Assembly: GCA_051362555.1 (NCBI GenBank)
Contig: CM120640.1
Location: 558,001 to 622,000, forward strand
From: Lingula anatina
Taxonomy: Eukaryota; Animalia; Brachiopoda
DNA length: 64,000 nt
Direction: 5' to 3'
Positions within the stretch are counted from its first letter, which is position 1. The number at the start of each line of letters is the position of its first letter. Position numbers and translations under genes: made by a program. The notes beneath the pieces were generated by a model, which saw only the letters and a list, made by a program, of their open reading frames with translations, was not told the origin of the DNA and did no database searches. This document shows, one piece after another, positions 11,464 through 24,786 of the stretch.

Positions 11464-14172
11464 CTACCAATCTTCTTCCTCTTCATCATCCTCATCATCT
11501 TCTGTTTGTGGTTTCCCTACACGGTCAGCCAAACCCAACACATAGCCCTTCATCTCTGAGGCCATCTGGGAGGAGTCTGGTTTCTCTGTTAGCACCCAGG
11601 TCTCATCTGTACTGCTTACTGTGGCTCTGCACACGGGACACGTATGGCTTGACACACTCCTATAGAATAGCAGAACAATTTATTATCTCATGAATCTCAA
11701 GAAGCCTATTAAAGTTATGGTGTGCAACATAAAAATCAAACCACAAAGGTGCAAGTTGTACATTATAATTCTTTTTTTTTTTCTTAGCTTATGTATATAC
11801 ACTGTTAAGATTCACATCATAATCTCAAGTGTCTGCAAGATCCACGAACATTGTGAAGTTATGAACTGATAACAAATGAAGAGATCTTGATTATCTCATG
11901 AATCTCAAAAAGCCTATTTAAGTTAAGGTGTGCCACATAAAAATCAAACCATTAAGGTGCATGTTTTTTTACTTTATTTTTTTGTTGGTATGTAGGTGTC
12001 ATTCTTAGCTTATACACTGTTAAGATTCACATCATAATGTCATGTGTCTGCAAGATCCACGAACATTATAAACTGATAACAAATGAAGGGCAGACAGGCT
12101 TGAAAGGACTGTAAGATTAATTCTAATGATGTCACATCTTTCTGTAACTCTGGTTATCTCAAACATTTGTATTTTTTCTATATAGCCTGTATTTATGCCA
12201 TGAGGCATGTTTCAAGCTGTTAAAGGAACAAAAAGGTCATAGGTTTCAAGGATAACAGTAAATCATTCCCTTGGCTCAAGCTGTGAGAAAATAAAAAGTG
12301 CAATGTAAACCTGTGTATGATGCCAAGACAATTTTATTGATGAAAAAAATCAAATGCCAATCCCTTCTTGTAGCAAAACTGCACTGTTTTCATTTCTCTA
12401 CCATAATCACATATATATAGAGCTGGGGAAAATGTAACAACTTACGTGAGAACACATAGTAATATAACATACTTACCACCTGTCAATACACTGTTCACAG
12501 TACAGGTGAGCACATGGTAATATAACATACTTACCACCTGTCAATACACTGTTCACGGTACAGGTGAGCACATGGTAATATAACATACTTACCACCTGTC
12601 AATACACTGTTCACAGTACAGGTGAGCACATGGTAATATGACATCAGCTTTTCTCTCCATACAAATAATACATTCATTGGCTTCCTCAGATGCACATGAC
12701 AAACTGTCAGCTCTGAAAAGCAATAAGAAAGAGATTTAGACAATGTTCTCCATTTCCAATTCTATATTAATGTATCAAAAACAAATGGAATGCTTTTTTT
12801 TTTCAAGATAATTCAAGAAAACACAAAAAATACAAACCAGCTTTGAAAAAAATTTGTCTACAGTGACAATAGCAACTAGTGTAAAACTAGTTTTTTTTGG
12901 TAGAAGAAATTATTTACCATTTTTGTACATGAGCTAGGGTTTAATAATACATTTTTGAGGATTACTACAGTGGTGAAGTCATCTCTTACTTACTCTGACA
13001 GTATAATGGAGGCAGTGAGAGCTGTCCTCTTAGGGTCTGTGTTCAAGGAAGATGGCTCAGCTTGTGCAATAATCTCATGATACAGACGTACAAACTGCTT
13101 GATGTTCAGTATCCTGGTAGATTCCACATGACCACTCTCTGACATGACCTGGAGTATTGGAAACTGACATGATGTACACATGATGTACGGTAACACACAT
13201 GATATATACATGATATATACATGATGTTCAGTATCCTGGTAGACTCCACATGACCACTCTCTGACATGACCTGGAGTATTGGAAACTGACATGATGTACA
13301 CATGATGTACAGCCATACACATAATATATACATGATATATACATGATGTACATGTAATATACCCCGACAAAATATTTTATAAATATCTGCTTTATGTCAG
13401 AAATAGCTGTAGCGGTGTCACTGCATTTCTTATTGAAACAAATGGCTGCACACTGTTAAAACATGATATTAATTAAGTGAAAGTTCTAAGTCATCCAAAA
13501 TAATAAGAATCAAATGAAATGGAAAATAAAATGACAAGCAGATGTTGCAGTGTCATCTTGAGACCTTTCATTTTAAACTTTTACACAAAAGTTCAAAAAT
13601 TTCTTAAATTTAAAAATGCATTTTGATTGTGATAACTTTTTTTTCAGAATAATCCATCACCAATTACCTTCATGCACCTAATCCTGACAGCAGCCTTCCA
13701 TAGCAGAGTAGAATCAGTGCCTGGTTTTACCTGGAATACCAACTTCTTCCCAGTGTCATCTGTAAATGCCTCTGTACTAAAATAATGAAAAACATGAATA
13801 TATATAACAATGCGTTACATATATGTCAAAATAACAACATTATCATATTATTAATGAAATCATTTGTACAAAAATGTTAAAGAGAAAATACCATGCAATC
13901 CATGCTTAATTATTTCACAGATGTTTGTTTAGACGAAGTGGTAAGAGCAACTAGTTAAAACTAACTTGTTGAAAGAAAATAAAATAAAATAAAATAAAAA
14001 TCCTAAACAATGAAGTGACCTACATTTCATTTACTTGTCTCACAGCCTCCAGGAATTCTTCATAACTCAGTGCAGCTATTTCCTTGAGCTGTGAGGCTTG
14101 GTTCCTCAGTTTATCATGCACCCACACCACCTGTGAGGGGACGTTCTCACGCAGGCTTTGTCCCTGACCCAT
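11464..14172 (-). CDS. RNF141: RING finger protein 141 (C3HC4 RING, N-terminal MGQ myristoylation-type start)
   Basis: Coding exons 14172-14024, 13776-13668, 13148-12994, 12712-12593 and 11659-11464, phase-compatible. Translation includes MGQGQS..., LVFQVKPGTDSTLLWKAAVRIRCMK, the RING ECIICMERKADVILPCAHLYCEQCIDRWSVSSHTCPVCR and DETWVL, all characteristic of RNF141. Confidence 0.92.
11683..12090. repeat. Imperfect ~208 bp tandem duplication in the last RNF141 intron
   Basis: TTATCTCATGAATCTCAA...CTGCAAGATCCACGAACATT...ACTGATAACAAATGAAG occurs twice, starting at ~11683 and ~11891. Confidence 0.85.
12437..12640. repeat. 58 bp tandem repeat (3 copies plus a degenerate one) made of the RNF141 RING-exon 3' end and its splice donor
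   Basis: ACTTACCACCTGTCAATACACTGTTCAC at 12471, 12529 and 12587. Confidence 0.92.
13100..13350. repeat. 122 bp tandem duplication of an RNF141 splice acceptor and exon start
   Basis: GATGTTCAGTATCCTGGTAGA...GACCTGGAGTATTGG at 13101 and 13223. Confidence 0.92.
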
Positions 14173-14499
14173 GGATACCTTCTGCTCTTCTAGGAGACTG
14201 AAGTAGGACAACATTATGCCAGGAATGTGTATCAAAAGGAGTGCTTACGCATAAAATTCGTTCTACACTTCCCATTACAGTGGCCCCGTCCCTCTGGTTA
14301 AAATAAAAACACAATCCCCGTCGCAGTTAAACTTTAAGACAAAACTGTGAATTCAAATGCAACATCTATAAATGTGAGGCTGCGATCTCTCAAATACTGA
14401 ACCAGTTTGATATCAATGGAACAAAATATAGAACTGGAAATGGTCCCTTCTCATTCATTCACAATGAAGGCCTCGAGGCTCGAGTGGAAGGAACTACAA

Positions 14500-14950
14500 A
14501 ACTTACAAGTAAGAGATGACAACAGATCGTAACTAACGGATTTCACAGTTTTATGAAGTAGTAACCACTTACTATTGATCCTAGGTAAAACTGCCCTTAT
14601 TCTGTGGGAACATACTTCTGTTGCTGTCCTGGTTCATAAAAATTTCGCAATTTTATACAATTATTTTTCTTTCTGTCTGATGACCAATGTGAAGTACGTC
14701 ATCAAAATATGGGTAAACATTGCCGGTGACGTCACGTCATTTAGTGTCGGTACACAGGAAGAGTGAAGCTAGCAGGTGTGACAGCCAAATTCAGTTGTGG
14801 CGACTTTTCTGCAAGATTCTACCAAAAAGACGTGAGTTGATTAAGCAGATTCCATCTTTTTCAAATACTTATGTCGTGACATTGTAATCTTTCTGCTTGT
14901 TTGTATAAGTATTGAGAGAAAAAACACTCTAAAAAACTTTCTAAGTAAGT
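14500..14950. promoter_or_regulatory. Bidirectional promoter between RNF141 and the RASSF7/8 gene
   Basis: CpG-enriched patch with a full CRE TGACGTCA (14727-14734) and CRE half-sites. It is flanked by a minus-strand donor (acttac, ~14501-14506) and a plus-strand donor (gtaagt, ~14945), consistent with divergent non-coding first exons. Confidence 0.65.
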
Positions 14951-17540
14951 TTGACGTGACTGTTATCGTGTTGAATCAAAGAAAATTGAAGATGGACTTT
15001 TTAAGTGTCAAGTTGTTGTTCATTGACGCGCTTTTTGTCGCAGCTCCTGTTCTGTTTTCAAGTTTTATATCCATTATGTTTCCTTTCTTGTTAATGTCAG
15101 TGTTATTAGTAAATCCCTTAAGTGTCCAGAGATTGTAATACAAATGACTTCTTGTCGTTGGCTCAATGAGTGTATTTATGAGTCACCATTGGGCATCGCG
15201 TTACATATTAATTCTATGTATGCAGTTTATTGTAATCATAAAGTGTACCGGTAATCTGATAGACTTTGGCCTTAAATGATTAGGTACTGCATTCATTACT
15301 GTTGTTATCAGTGAGGCAACTGTACAGCAGTTTAGTTGCCAGCTGCCTGTACGAAGTCGTTTCCTTGTTAGTCTTAGATACTACCAGTTGACATGTACCC
15401 ACATTGTAAACATTTCATATTATATTTGAGTTAGTTTTTAGTTACTGATTATGCCTAATTGACTGCGTGGGTGCAGTAAAGTCATTATCATGAATTCTGT
15501 TACTGTATTTTTGATAATTTGCCAATGCCAGGTGATATTTACAGGTTAATAATTTATCTTAAACAGCCTGCAGCACTTTGGTGGAATGGACATGTTATGT
15601 AACATTACATACCCAATGTATTTAATTTCACAGAATAGAAAACCACATGCAGGATGTGCATGATTTGTTGTATTTGAAAGACAGTTGATGTGCTCTAATT
15701 ATAACATCTGTCATTTTTGTCAAAAATTGTCAAGCTATTCTCTTGAGGGATAAAATGCATGGTAGCATGTGTATTTTATGATGTGTGCACTAAAACAGTA
15801 AGCAGTAAGAGAATCCTTTGAAAATTGATTTAGTTTTTGGGCCAGATGCCCATATATTTCCCAAAACAAAAACAAATTCAGATCTAAGGACTTTTTCTCT
15901 TAATGGTGGATTGTGTGACTTTCATCTTTCTGTTGATCGCATCATTTTATAAGGAAGAAAGCAGTTGTTGGAATACCAAGAACAAAGTTTTGACTAAATT
16001 TAATAGTTTTTATCCATAGAATCCTTTAATTCAAGTATTCCAGGGCTTTGAAATAAGGTGTATCCTACTGCGCTGTGTGTTATCAAGGAAGGAAGTCCTT
16101 GTGGAGAACTAGGTACTTTATGTCAAATTATATGATTGCTGAAAAGTTAGAAATTGTTGTATGTTGAGAAAATCATTTGCAGCTGGATGTCTCGTATATT
16201 TGACATGAATAGGCTTTTTTTTATGAAAGTGTGCTAATAAATCCCAAATTTTAGTGGTGTGCTGACTAAGAAAATGAAATGACATGAAGAACCATAGGTG
16301 TCTGTGTGAAGATATACGAGCAGTAGACATTTGTCCAAACTGTGACTCAAATAATGATTTTCAGTGATCTCTTTAAAAACATCAAAGAAAAGAACTTGAA
16401 TTAAGTGTGTTTGTGGTGACAAGCTACAAATAATACTGTATTAAGTTTGGATGTTCAAGGTAATAATGAAAGCCTGTGTGTCAGTAGATAATCAAAGTAC
16501 AATACGGCCTAGTTCTTAACAGATGGTTAGTTGTGATACACTTTCATTGCCTGATTGGTCAGTGGTCTAGGACATCATAATGGAGTCTTCTGTGACCTTT
16601 TGTCAGCAGGGTGTCATCTCTGTGTCACCTGTGTATTTAAGAATGATGCCCCCCCCCCTCTTCTGACTCACTGGTATACCCATTAGCTAAGTTAGAAGTA
16701 CAAGGTCAATGTATGAATAGCCAGCAGAGATGTAATATGTTTCTTGACCAGTTACATATCAAGGCAGGATGGGCTTTTAATGAGAAAGTAGCCCAGTGTT
16801 TGCTAATGGATGCTGATATATAGAGTCTCCAGCAAACTTTGCTAAATCAAAAATCAACAGTTTGATCACATGAGGCTGGTCCATGATAAAAGTAATTCTG
16901 GACATTGTTTAGTCCTTCTCCTGTGACATGATATTGTTTGTGAAATATTTATTGCAATGTATTGTGATAACATATCAGATATCTGGCCTATACCCAAACA
17001 GCAAGTAGGTGCTGAAATTTGAAGCTTTGGAGATCTTGCTGGAGTCACTTTAGGTAGTTTATACAGTGATAAAGTTACTAATTACTTGCCCCCCAAGGTA
17101 GACATCAACTTCAACTTTGCTCAAGGTATCAGGAGAGTCAAAGTTGAAAAATGATCCAGTTTGCTTGTATATCGTTGCATCACACTAAACATTCAGTATT
17201 CAGCACAAACAATGTCATTTTATCCTGAAGGTTTGTGAAAATTAATAATGTGTAAGTTTATTTACTCTGTGTGCTATGGAAAGGTAAGTACATTTGGTGG
17301 GCCAATAGGTTGCTGATATTGAATAGAAAGGACAGGTGTTGACATAGCTTTTTGATAGCATAGTCAGGTATTTGCACGTGTATTATGTTCCCAAATACGG
17401 CCAACGGAAGCAGGTAGCACCGACGCTTACTTAGCACAAAGGCAACTTACACTAATTGACCAAGGGGGTTCATTTGTTTTCCTTCCTTTTTTTACATATG
17501 TAGATTTAAAATGGGATCTCACCTTTTCTTATTTTTGACA

Positions 17541-17613
17541 CTTCAGTGCAAAGACCATCTAACTACCAATCTTCTTCCTCTTCATCATCCTCATCATCTG
17601 TTTGTGGTTTCCC
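17541..17613 (-). other. 73 bp dispersed copy of the RNF141 stop-codon region
   Basis: Identical to 11442-11517 except for a 3 nt deletion. Confidence 0.93.
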
Positions 17614-19996
17614 AAATTGTGGCCAGTTTTTACAAAATGTTTTAGATTAACTTGTAGCAGTGGACTCATGGTTACCTTGTGTGACCCCTGAGTCAAGTAG
17701 CAAACACAATGAGTTAATGAAGAGAGGTTTTAACACCTCAGAATAACCCAGTGCATTGGTCTCTGATCACTGTGTGATTAGGAGTTCCTATCAAACCTGT
17801 CATTTTGTGTAAAACATTTTGACTTTGATCTTAAATCTAGTCTGTATTTCACAGGGATTCACAATATCATAAAACTGCTTTGACATTAAATGGGTGCATG
17901 GTATCCATTCTGTGTTGAATTTGAGAAATCCTGTGTTAATATGCCTGCTCTTGAAACTCTGTTGAACAAGGCCCTTGAGTAATTCTAATAATTCTAGCAT
18001 CACTGTTAAAGAGACTTGACCTTTTTACAGTGTTGATGTGTTATTTAAGTAAAGAAAGTTGTCATCAGGCTTGTTTGATTATCTTAGCTGTAAATCTGTA
18101 ATGAGGGGAAACTGTTGATGTAACAGGGATAATGGTGGTATTTATCTTATCCATCTTAGCTTGTTAAGGTATGGCTGCTGTCTCTGTTAATGAAAGGTGA
18201 GATATATCCTTGTCATTGCTGGACTGGCCAGAAAGTCTCACTCTCACCATAATAATTCATACTTTAACCAGGTAAATACAACATGGGTTGGTGTGCCTTA
18301 ATTGAATCACCAATGAAGTGTCCCTTTAGGGTGAAAGAAAATAGTCCCTAGTTGAAGTAATGAGTGACCTGTCACTCCTAAAGGTTGGAAGTTTGCTTCT
18401 GATACATTCCTTAAGGACATTACAGCATTAGGTCCTTATACAAGACAAGTCTGAGATTTTATCAAGATGATTTATACATTTGGTTAGAAAATGATCAAGT
18501 TCAGGAAAAACCATCTTACTTCATTGCATTTTGTTGTCAGTGCCGCTGTAGCCAGTTAAAGAGCCATGGTTATGCATTAGCATGTTACCATTTGTGACTT
18601 TGCTTATTTACCTTTTCTCCCTGGTTAATCAGGTGTGGTTGTGTGGGGGGAAATACCTGCCCATTGGAATACCAGTGATGTGACGGACTATTGTATTAAC
18701 GGGGAGGGTCTGAAGGCAGATTCTTTAAGTACATGAGGAAAGAATGCCAGGCATGGCCAGTTGTTGGTGGGTTGTATTACACAGGCCTGGTATACCACAC
18801 TGATGTGTACACTACCTCATACCATGGACTATCAAGAGCTCTGGTATATACGTAGTCACTGTATCAGATGAATGTATGTGTGTTTAGAAAGAGAATTGTC
18901 AGGATTATCATGGAGGCATGGAAGTGAATTGTTGGTGCTATGTGTTGAGGTTAAAACTTGAGAGTGCAGAAGCTGAAGTACTCAGTGTATAAAAGTAATG
19001 GGTCCATTGATAACCAAAATGCTAGTATCATTAATGGTATAGGGTGTCACATTTCTGTGCAGCATTAAGTATTAGCTATCGCAGTAGGCCAAGACCCTGT
19101 AATTGATGAACACATGGCTACCATAACTGTCAGTTTCATGTTGATAAAACTTTTCAGAAAACTTATTCTTCTTTAACCTAGTAGTGGGAATGGTAAAGTC
19201 TATCCTTTCATCTCCTTAGCATAAATAACAGTCTTCTTTCTCCATTCCAGAGACACCAACAAGTAGGAATCTGTGCACAGTGACATCTGAGACCTAAGAC
19301 AAGGCAGAGGACTGTTTACATTGAGGTTCACGTCCCACTGTCACTGTACTCTGGCTGTTGTTAATAGACGCATCTCTGAATCTGGAAAAAATGAACTCTG
19401 ATCCGCCTGAGTAAACGTGACAGGGTTGGAGATCCTGCATGACTTCTTTCATTGACCCGAATAGCTGACAGATCAAGGCACACACGGAGGTAGAGCAGAG
19501 TGTGTACTCAGTGTGTGTTTGGGGGATGTCAGCCCAGTCATAAAACACAAGTATTATTCCAGTTGGTGTTGTGTAGTAATGAGATAACTTCCAGCAGTAG
19601 AACTGACAGTCATCTGTCCTGAGGTACATCACAGTCAGAAAACTACCACTTCCAGGTGGTGTGTGTGTGGGTACATTGCCAGAGGATTCTAGTACAACAT
19701 ACATCTTCTGTAGGAAAGTTCAGAGAAGAGAAAGAGAGAGGAATAATAATAATCTCACTGTCATGATAGCTGGAGGCAGGCTGGCTCTGGTGATGACTCT
19801 ATGGAAAAGTATCTTCTGAGAAGATCAGATGGCTGATGTGACCTGATAGTGGTTGTGGCTTACAGCTGTTTGTGTTCTTTACATTACTACCCGCTGCTAT
19901 CTCATCTCATCTCATCTCGGATATACTGGAAAGTATCAGCATTCTCTGCAGTGCACCAGTCTAGTGCTATGCTGCAGTCCTAGTTGACGTGGTAAC

Positions 19997-22900
19997 ATGG
20001 TGGAGCTGAAAGTGTGGGTGGACGGGATTCAGAGGGTCATCTGTGGTGTGACAGAGTCCACCTCTTGTCAGGATGTAGTCATTGCTCTGGCCCAGGCCAC
20101 AGGAAGGACAGGGAGATTTACCCTTATAGAAAAATGGAGAGACAATGAAAGATTGCTCTCCCCTTCAGACAATCCTCTGAAAATCCTTCACAAGTGGGGA
20201 GAGTATGCTCATGAAGTGCAATTTGTTTTACGTCAAAGACAAGAAGGCAAACAGAGGACTGATAAGTTTTTACACAATTTCACACCACCACCCTCCCATG
20301 GTAGTGTTGGCGGAGGCATTAGTGCAACCAGTATCAAAAAATCCCTAACATTCAGTGGTGCTCACAACTACAGTTTTCAAACCAAACCAAGTGCAAGAGT
20401 CCAACCTCGTCATGCTATACAAGAAAACTCATCTCTGGAGAGTCTGGAGGAGGAACCAAGTGCCTCGGACATTCCTCTCTCAAAACACTCTACAGAAAAC
20501 ATCAGTACATCTTATGCCAAATCAGGAGGCCCACCCTCATCATCCTCGTCATACTCCTCTTCTCCATACAGTAGTTTGGACAAAAAACATTATCAAGGTG
20601 CTTTCCAGCGAGTGACAAATTCAAGTGCAACTAATTCCACCCTTGGTGGAGGACAGAGCAGCGGTCAGCCGCAAACTTCTGCCCTTTTCAGGTCCCGCAA
20701 TCAGCCGTACCCAGGGGTGGGAAGGTCCCCTGTGGCCAGTATCGCCCCTCAAGTGGGAGGAGGAAGTTGGAACCATGGGCACTCACACACCCCTAGTCCT
20801 TTGACTGACATAGAGAAAAGTCCCCAAGAATTTGCTCAGTTTGATCAAAATCAAAATGCTAAAGGAATTGTTGAGAATCATCAAGATTTAGAGGAATTAG
20901 ACTTGGACCAGAGCTTAGCCGAGGAAGCAGCTAAACTTCACATAGACCAAGCATTTGGTTTGGACGAGTATAGAAATATAGTCCCTGCTAAAACCCAAAC
21001 TGACGACCTCATTGAACTGATTAACATGCAGCACGAGAAGCTGGTAAAACAAGAGGCACAGTTAAAAGATCTGGATGAAGGTAAGAGCCATTGTTCTTGG
21101 TTGATTTTAACCATGCATAACACTCTAGTTCATGCCTCAATGCATTGAGTGATGACCGTGTAGGCAGCTTCTTGATTCACTGAATATTATGTGCAAGAAT
21201 GAGATTACAAGTTTATGGATATTCGTCACGCTATAAGGGTGAATACCAACACTACACAAATAGTTAAAAGACCATTCACAACATGTGCTGGTATTTCTTC
21301 AGCCTCTCTGGTGCCCTCCTTTCTTACACTGACTGGTTTAGAAACTGACAGATCCCCATAGCTGATGATAGGGTTGAGTTCCTCCCTTCACTGTTGATTG
21401 GGCATGACACCACCTTGGCATGCTCTGCTAGGTGTTTTGTACTAGTACATAGGGGAATATTCAGGTTGTATTGTAGTATAACAAGGAGATATTCAAATTG
21501 TTTTGTTGGAGGCCCTGTCCCATCTGTGGCTAAGGAGGGCTAGATAAATGTGTTTGAACAGAGTCAGTAATGACCTCCTCACTTTTTATATGGCATGATG
21601 AGTGGTTTGATGTCTTCAAAGGAGTATTAAGTTCACAATCTGTGTGAAGTGAACTACATATTTTTTGCTATTATAGGTTCCAAGCTAAGCCCCCATGTAT
21701 TATGATCACCCAGTACCTCCATTAAGCCTAGGTCCCAACTACGTTTTGGACGCATGGTTTTTTAGGTTCCTTGCGTCCGGCTAGGACGTAGCAAGATCGC
21801 AAGGAAGAAATCAATGCACAATGGACGTGCTCCTCACACACAAACTCCCACGTTTTCCCCATTTTTTTGGCCATAGACCACACGTAGCAGCCTGTACGCT
21901 CGGTTGGGACCTTCTCTACTTCTTCTCTTAGTGTGAACATTCCCATTGCAAACTGTGTAGTTAGGGGGTTTCTGGTGGCAACATTGTGATTTATTTACTG
22001 ATAACCTTCCTGATTGATCTATTGATTTTATCAGGTGCTGTGCCCTTGGGAATTCAGACTTTCTCACAGTGTAATTGAAGTTTGGTAAATAATACAAATC
22101 AAAGAAAATAAATATATTTCTGTCATGTTAGTTTGGGGGATTGATGAGAACAAATTCATAAATTGTTTGCATAGATAACTTTTAATGTTTATTAGCATGT
22201 TGAGATTTATAAGCAAGATTTAAACTAGCTTACATTCTTGGCTGGTCATTTGCTCATAACACCATAAGTCTAATAGAAAGTTGTAAACCAAGAACTTTAA
22301 AGAAAAACACATAAGAAAAAAAGGGAACTGCATCAAGTGTTTTTAGGTTGATTTATGTAGATTAGGCAAGTGTTTAAGCCACATGCTACAGTTAAGAAGA
22401 TGTGTGGTAGAGTTTTTATCACTGACTGCATGCTTGCCCTGCTATGTATTTAGAAGCACCACCCAGAATTCTTCTCTGCACATACTGTAGGTCAGCAGAG
22501 AGAGAGAGAGAGGAATGGGGAATGGAAGGCTAGCTAGATACCTCTTGCTTCATCCTGTCTGTTATAAAAATCAGTAATTTCTTTGATGTTGATGAAATAC
22601 AAATGTCAGATTTATTCCATTTACAAGATATTTTATCACAGAAAAGTTTTAGGCAAAAATGGTTTAATTTTTTTAAAACTAAAAAAAAAAAGAAAAGATT
22701 TTAAACAATATTTTTTCAGTTTTAAACAATATATTTATGGATCCTATTTTGGCTAAGATTTTACACTGTAGTGCAAGTATTAGTACAGGAGTTCAGGAAT
22801 TTCTAGTTCTTCATGGGTGCATGGCTTTGACACTCCAGGCTGTGTGATTTCTGGATTATCAGCTAGAAATGTGGAATACATGTGTAAACTTGATGACATA

Positions 22901-24745
22901 ACCCATCATTGTTGTGGCCACTGAAAGTCAGTATGAAGATTGGAATGCCAAAAATGCATTATTTACAAGCTAGCTGAGATAATTGTGAACACAAAAAGGC
23001 TGTTATTAGGAGAATCAGCTGATTTTCATGGTTAAAAAATGATCATTTTGAAATCAGTCTTATTATATTCTAGATGAGGTTGTAAATTCTAGATCAAAAT
23101 ATGTTTTTCTTGTGAAAATTATGTGTGTATGGGTTCTATATATTTTTAACCACTGTATCAGTTTGTTAAGTTATAGAGCATTCTACATTGTCAGTGTGAT
23201 TTTTCTTACCAGAATATGAAATCTCCAAGAATCTATTTATTTCCTGGTATCCATACAGGTTAAAAAGGAAGTAGTATTTAACTATGATCTGATTTCTCTC
23301 AGTGAGTGTTACCTTTTCTTTCTACCTGGTAGGGTGGGTGTTTGTGGGATATGCAAGCTTTTCCTGGTATTGTGAACAATTAACCTTTAAAGCAAAACAT
23401 CCGTCTTATTGACTTGAAACCTAGATTGCATGCCATATTTTTCTAAAATTAGATTCTAAACTGTCATGTTATTTTTGGAATGTTTTGTATGATGAGCAGA
23501 ATAAGGTGTCCAGGTACAATGTCTCCTTGTACCATGGTATAGAGCCATGTGGCAGCATCTGTGGAATGTTTACTATGAGGAGTGGACCAATACATTACAG
23601 GACCATGCCTGATGTACTACCAGGCACTAATAAAGTAAGACTAGGGCTGTCTGCAATTATGACACACTAGTTATCATTCACATCAATATTTTGGTTCAGA
23701 CCATTCTATTGTTTTCAAAGAAATTTTAAAATTATAATAAGATGAACAAAAAAAAAAAAGAAAAAAAATTCAGTCATTCCATTTCAAGCCCTGTCTGCCA
23801 ATTTCCAAATGAACAGAGCAGTTATGATTTATTGTCCCTTAAATTCTGTTGTTTGAATATAGACTGAGGCAGAGACACTGCATATTAAGTCTGGACTGAA
23901 TAAGATCCAGTGATTTATTGTCATTGATGTGCAAATTGTTATTAACAAGTGGACATATATTAAATTATAATTAGATGATGCAAGTAGGCCTGGTTATTCT
24001 ACCAGCTAATAGTTTATTCAACATCATAATTTACAGTCACTTGAAAATTAGTTTGGTATTTTAGCTGGGAATAGGCTGGTAATAAAAGGGGATACATACA
24101 CACTTAATAAGACTTAATTGTCTTCCTATGTTGTTTGTTAGAAATTGTTAACATCTAGCTAACCAGGTGTTGAAATGTCCTAACTGAAATAAGCATAGTT
24201 GATGTGATGAAGTGTATGCAGAGAGACCAGTTTGTAGTTATAAATTGAAATAGCAACAAACCATTTTGAGCACTCTCAAGTAAAGGTCATATTTTTGTGT
24301 TCAATCCCACTGATATTAGCGTTAAAGGGCATTTGTTTCATTACTAATGCCCATACACAAAAAGTCAACTATTTATTCACAGCCAAAGAGTCCAATGTAT
24401 CATTATAAATATAATTCACAGAAGAAGTCCATCAATCATTTCTGGAGTTGACCTTACTTCCTGTCAGTGAAGCCACACCTTAAGAACAAGGTGTCTCCTG
24501 TTCTCTTGTCTCCACTCATCAGGTGACAGTGATTAGTAATCTATGTGTCAGGTAGAGGAAAGGGTCATAGAACAGGTCAGTGGGCACCTGTTTGGAGATG
24601 GAACTGGACCCAAGTGACCCTAGCGGTCTCTCCTTCATGTTATCCAGCTTGGCTCCTAGTAAAAATGGTGTTACACTTGGGTTTGTGAACTGTCTCCACC
24701 ATATAACTGGAGATTTTTTGTGTTGTTACACACATTGGCCTGTAC

Positions 24746-24786
<41 letters not shown>

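Noticed and set aside
19294-19704. 136 aa minus-strand ORF upstream of the RASSF CDS
   Set aside because: No recognisable motif or exon partners; probably antisense to 5' UTR or intron sequence.
24749-24785. ~37 nt poly-A run as a retroposon tail
   Set aside because: No identifiable SINE body or target-site duplication.
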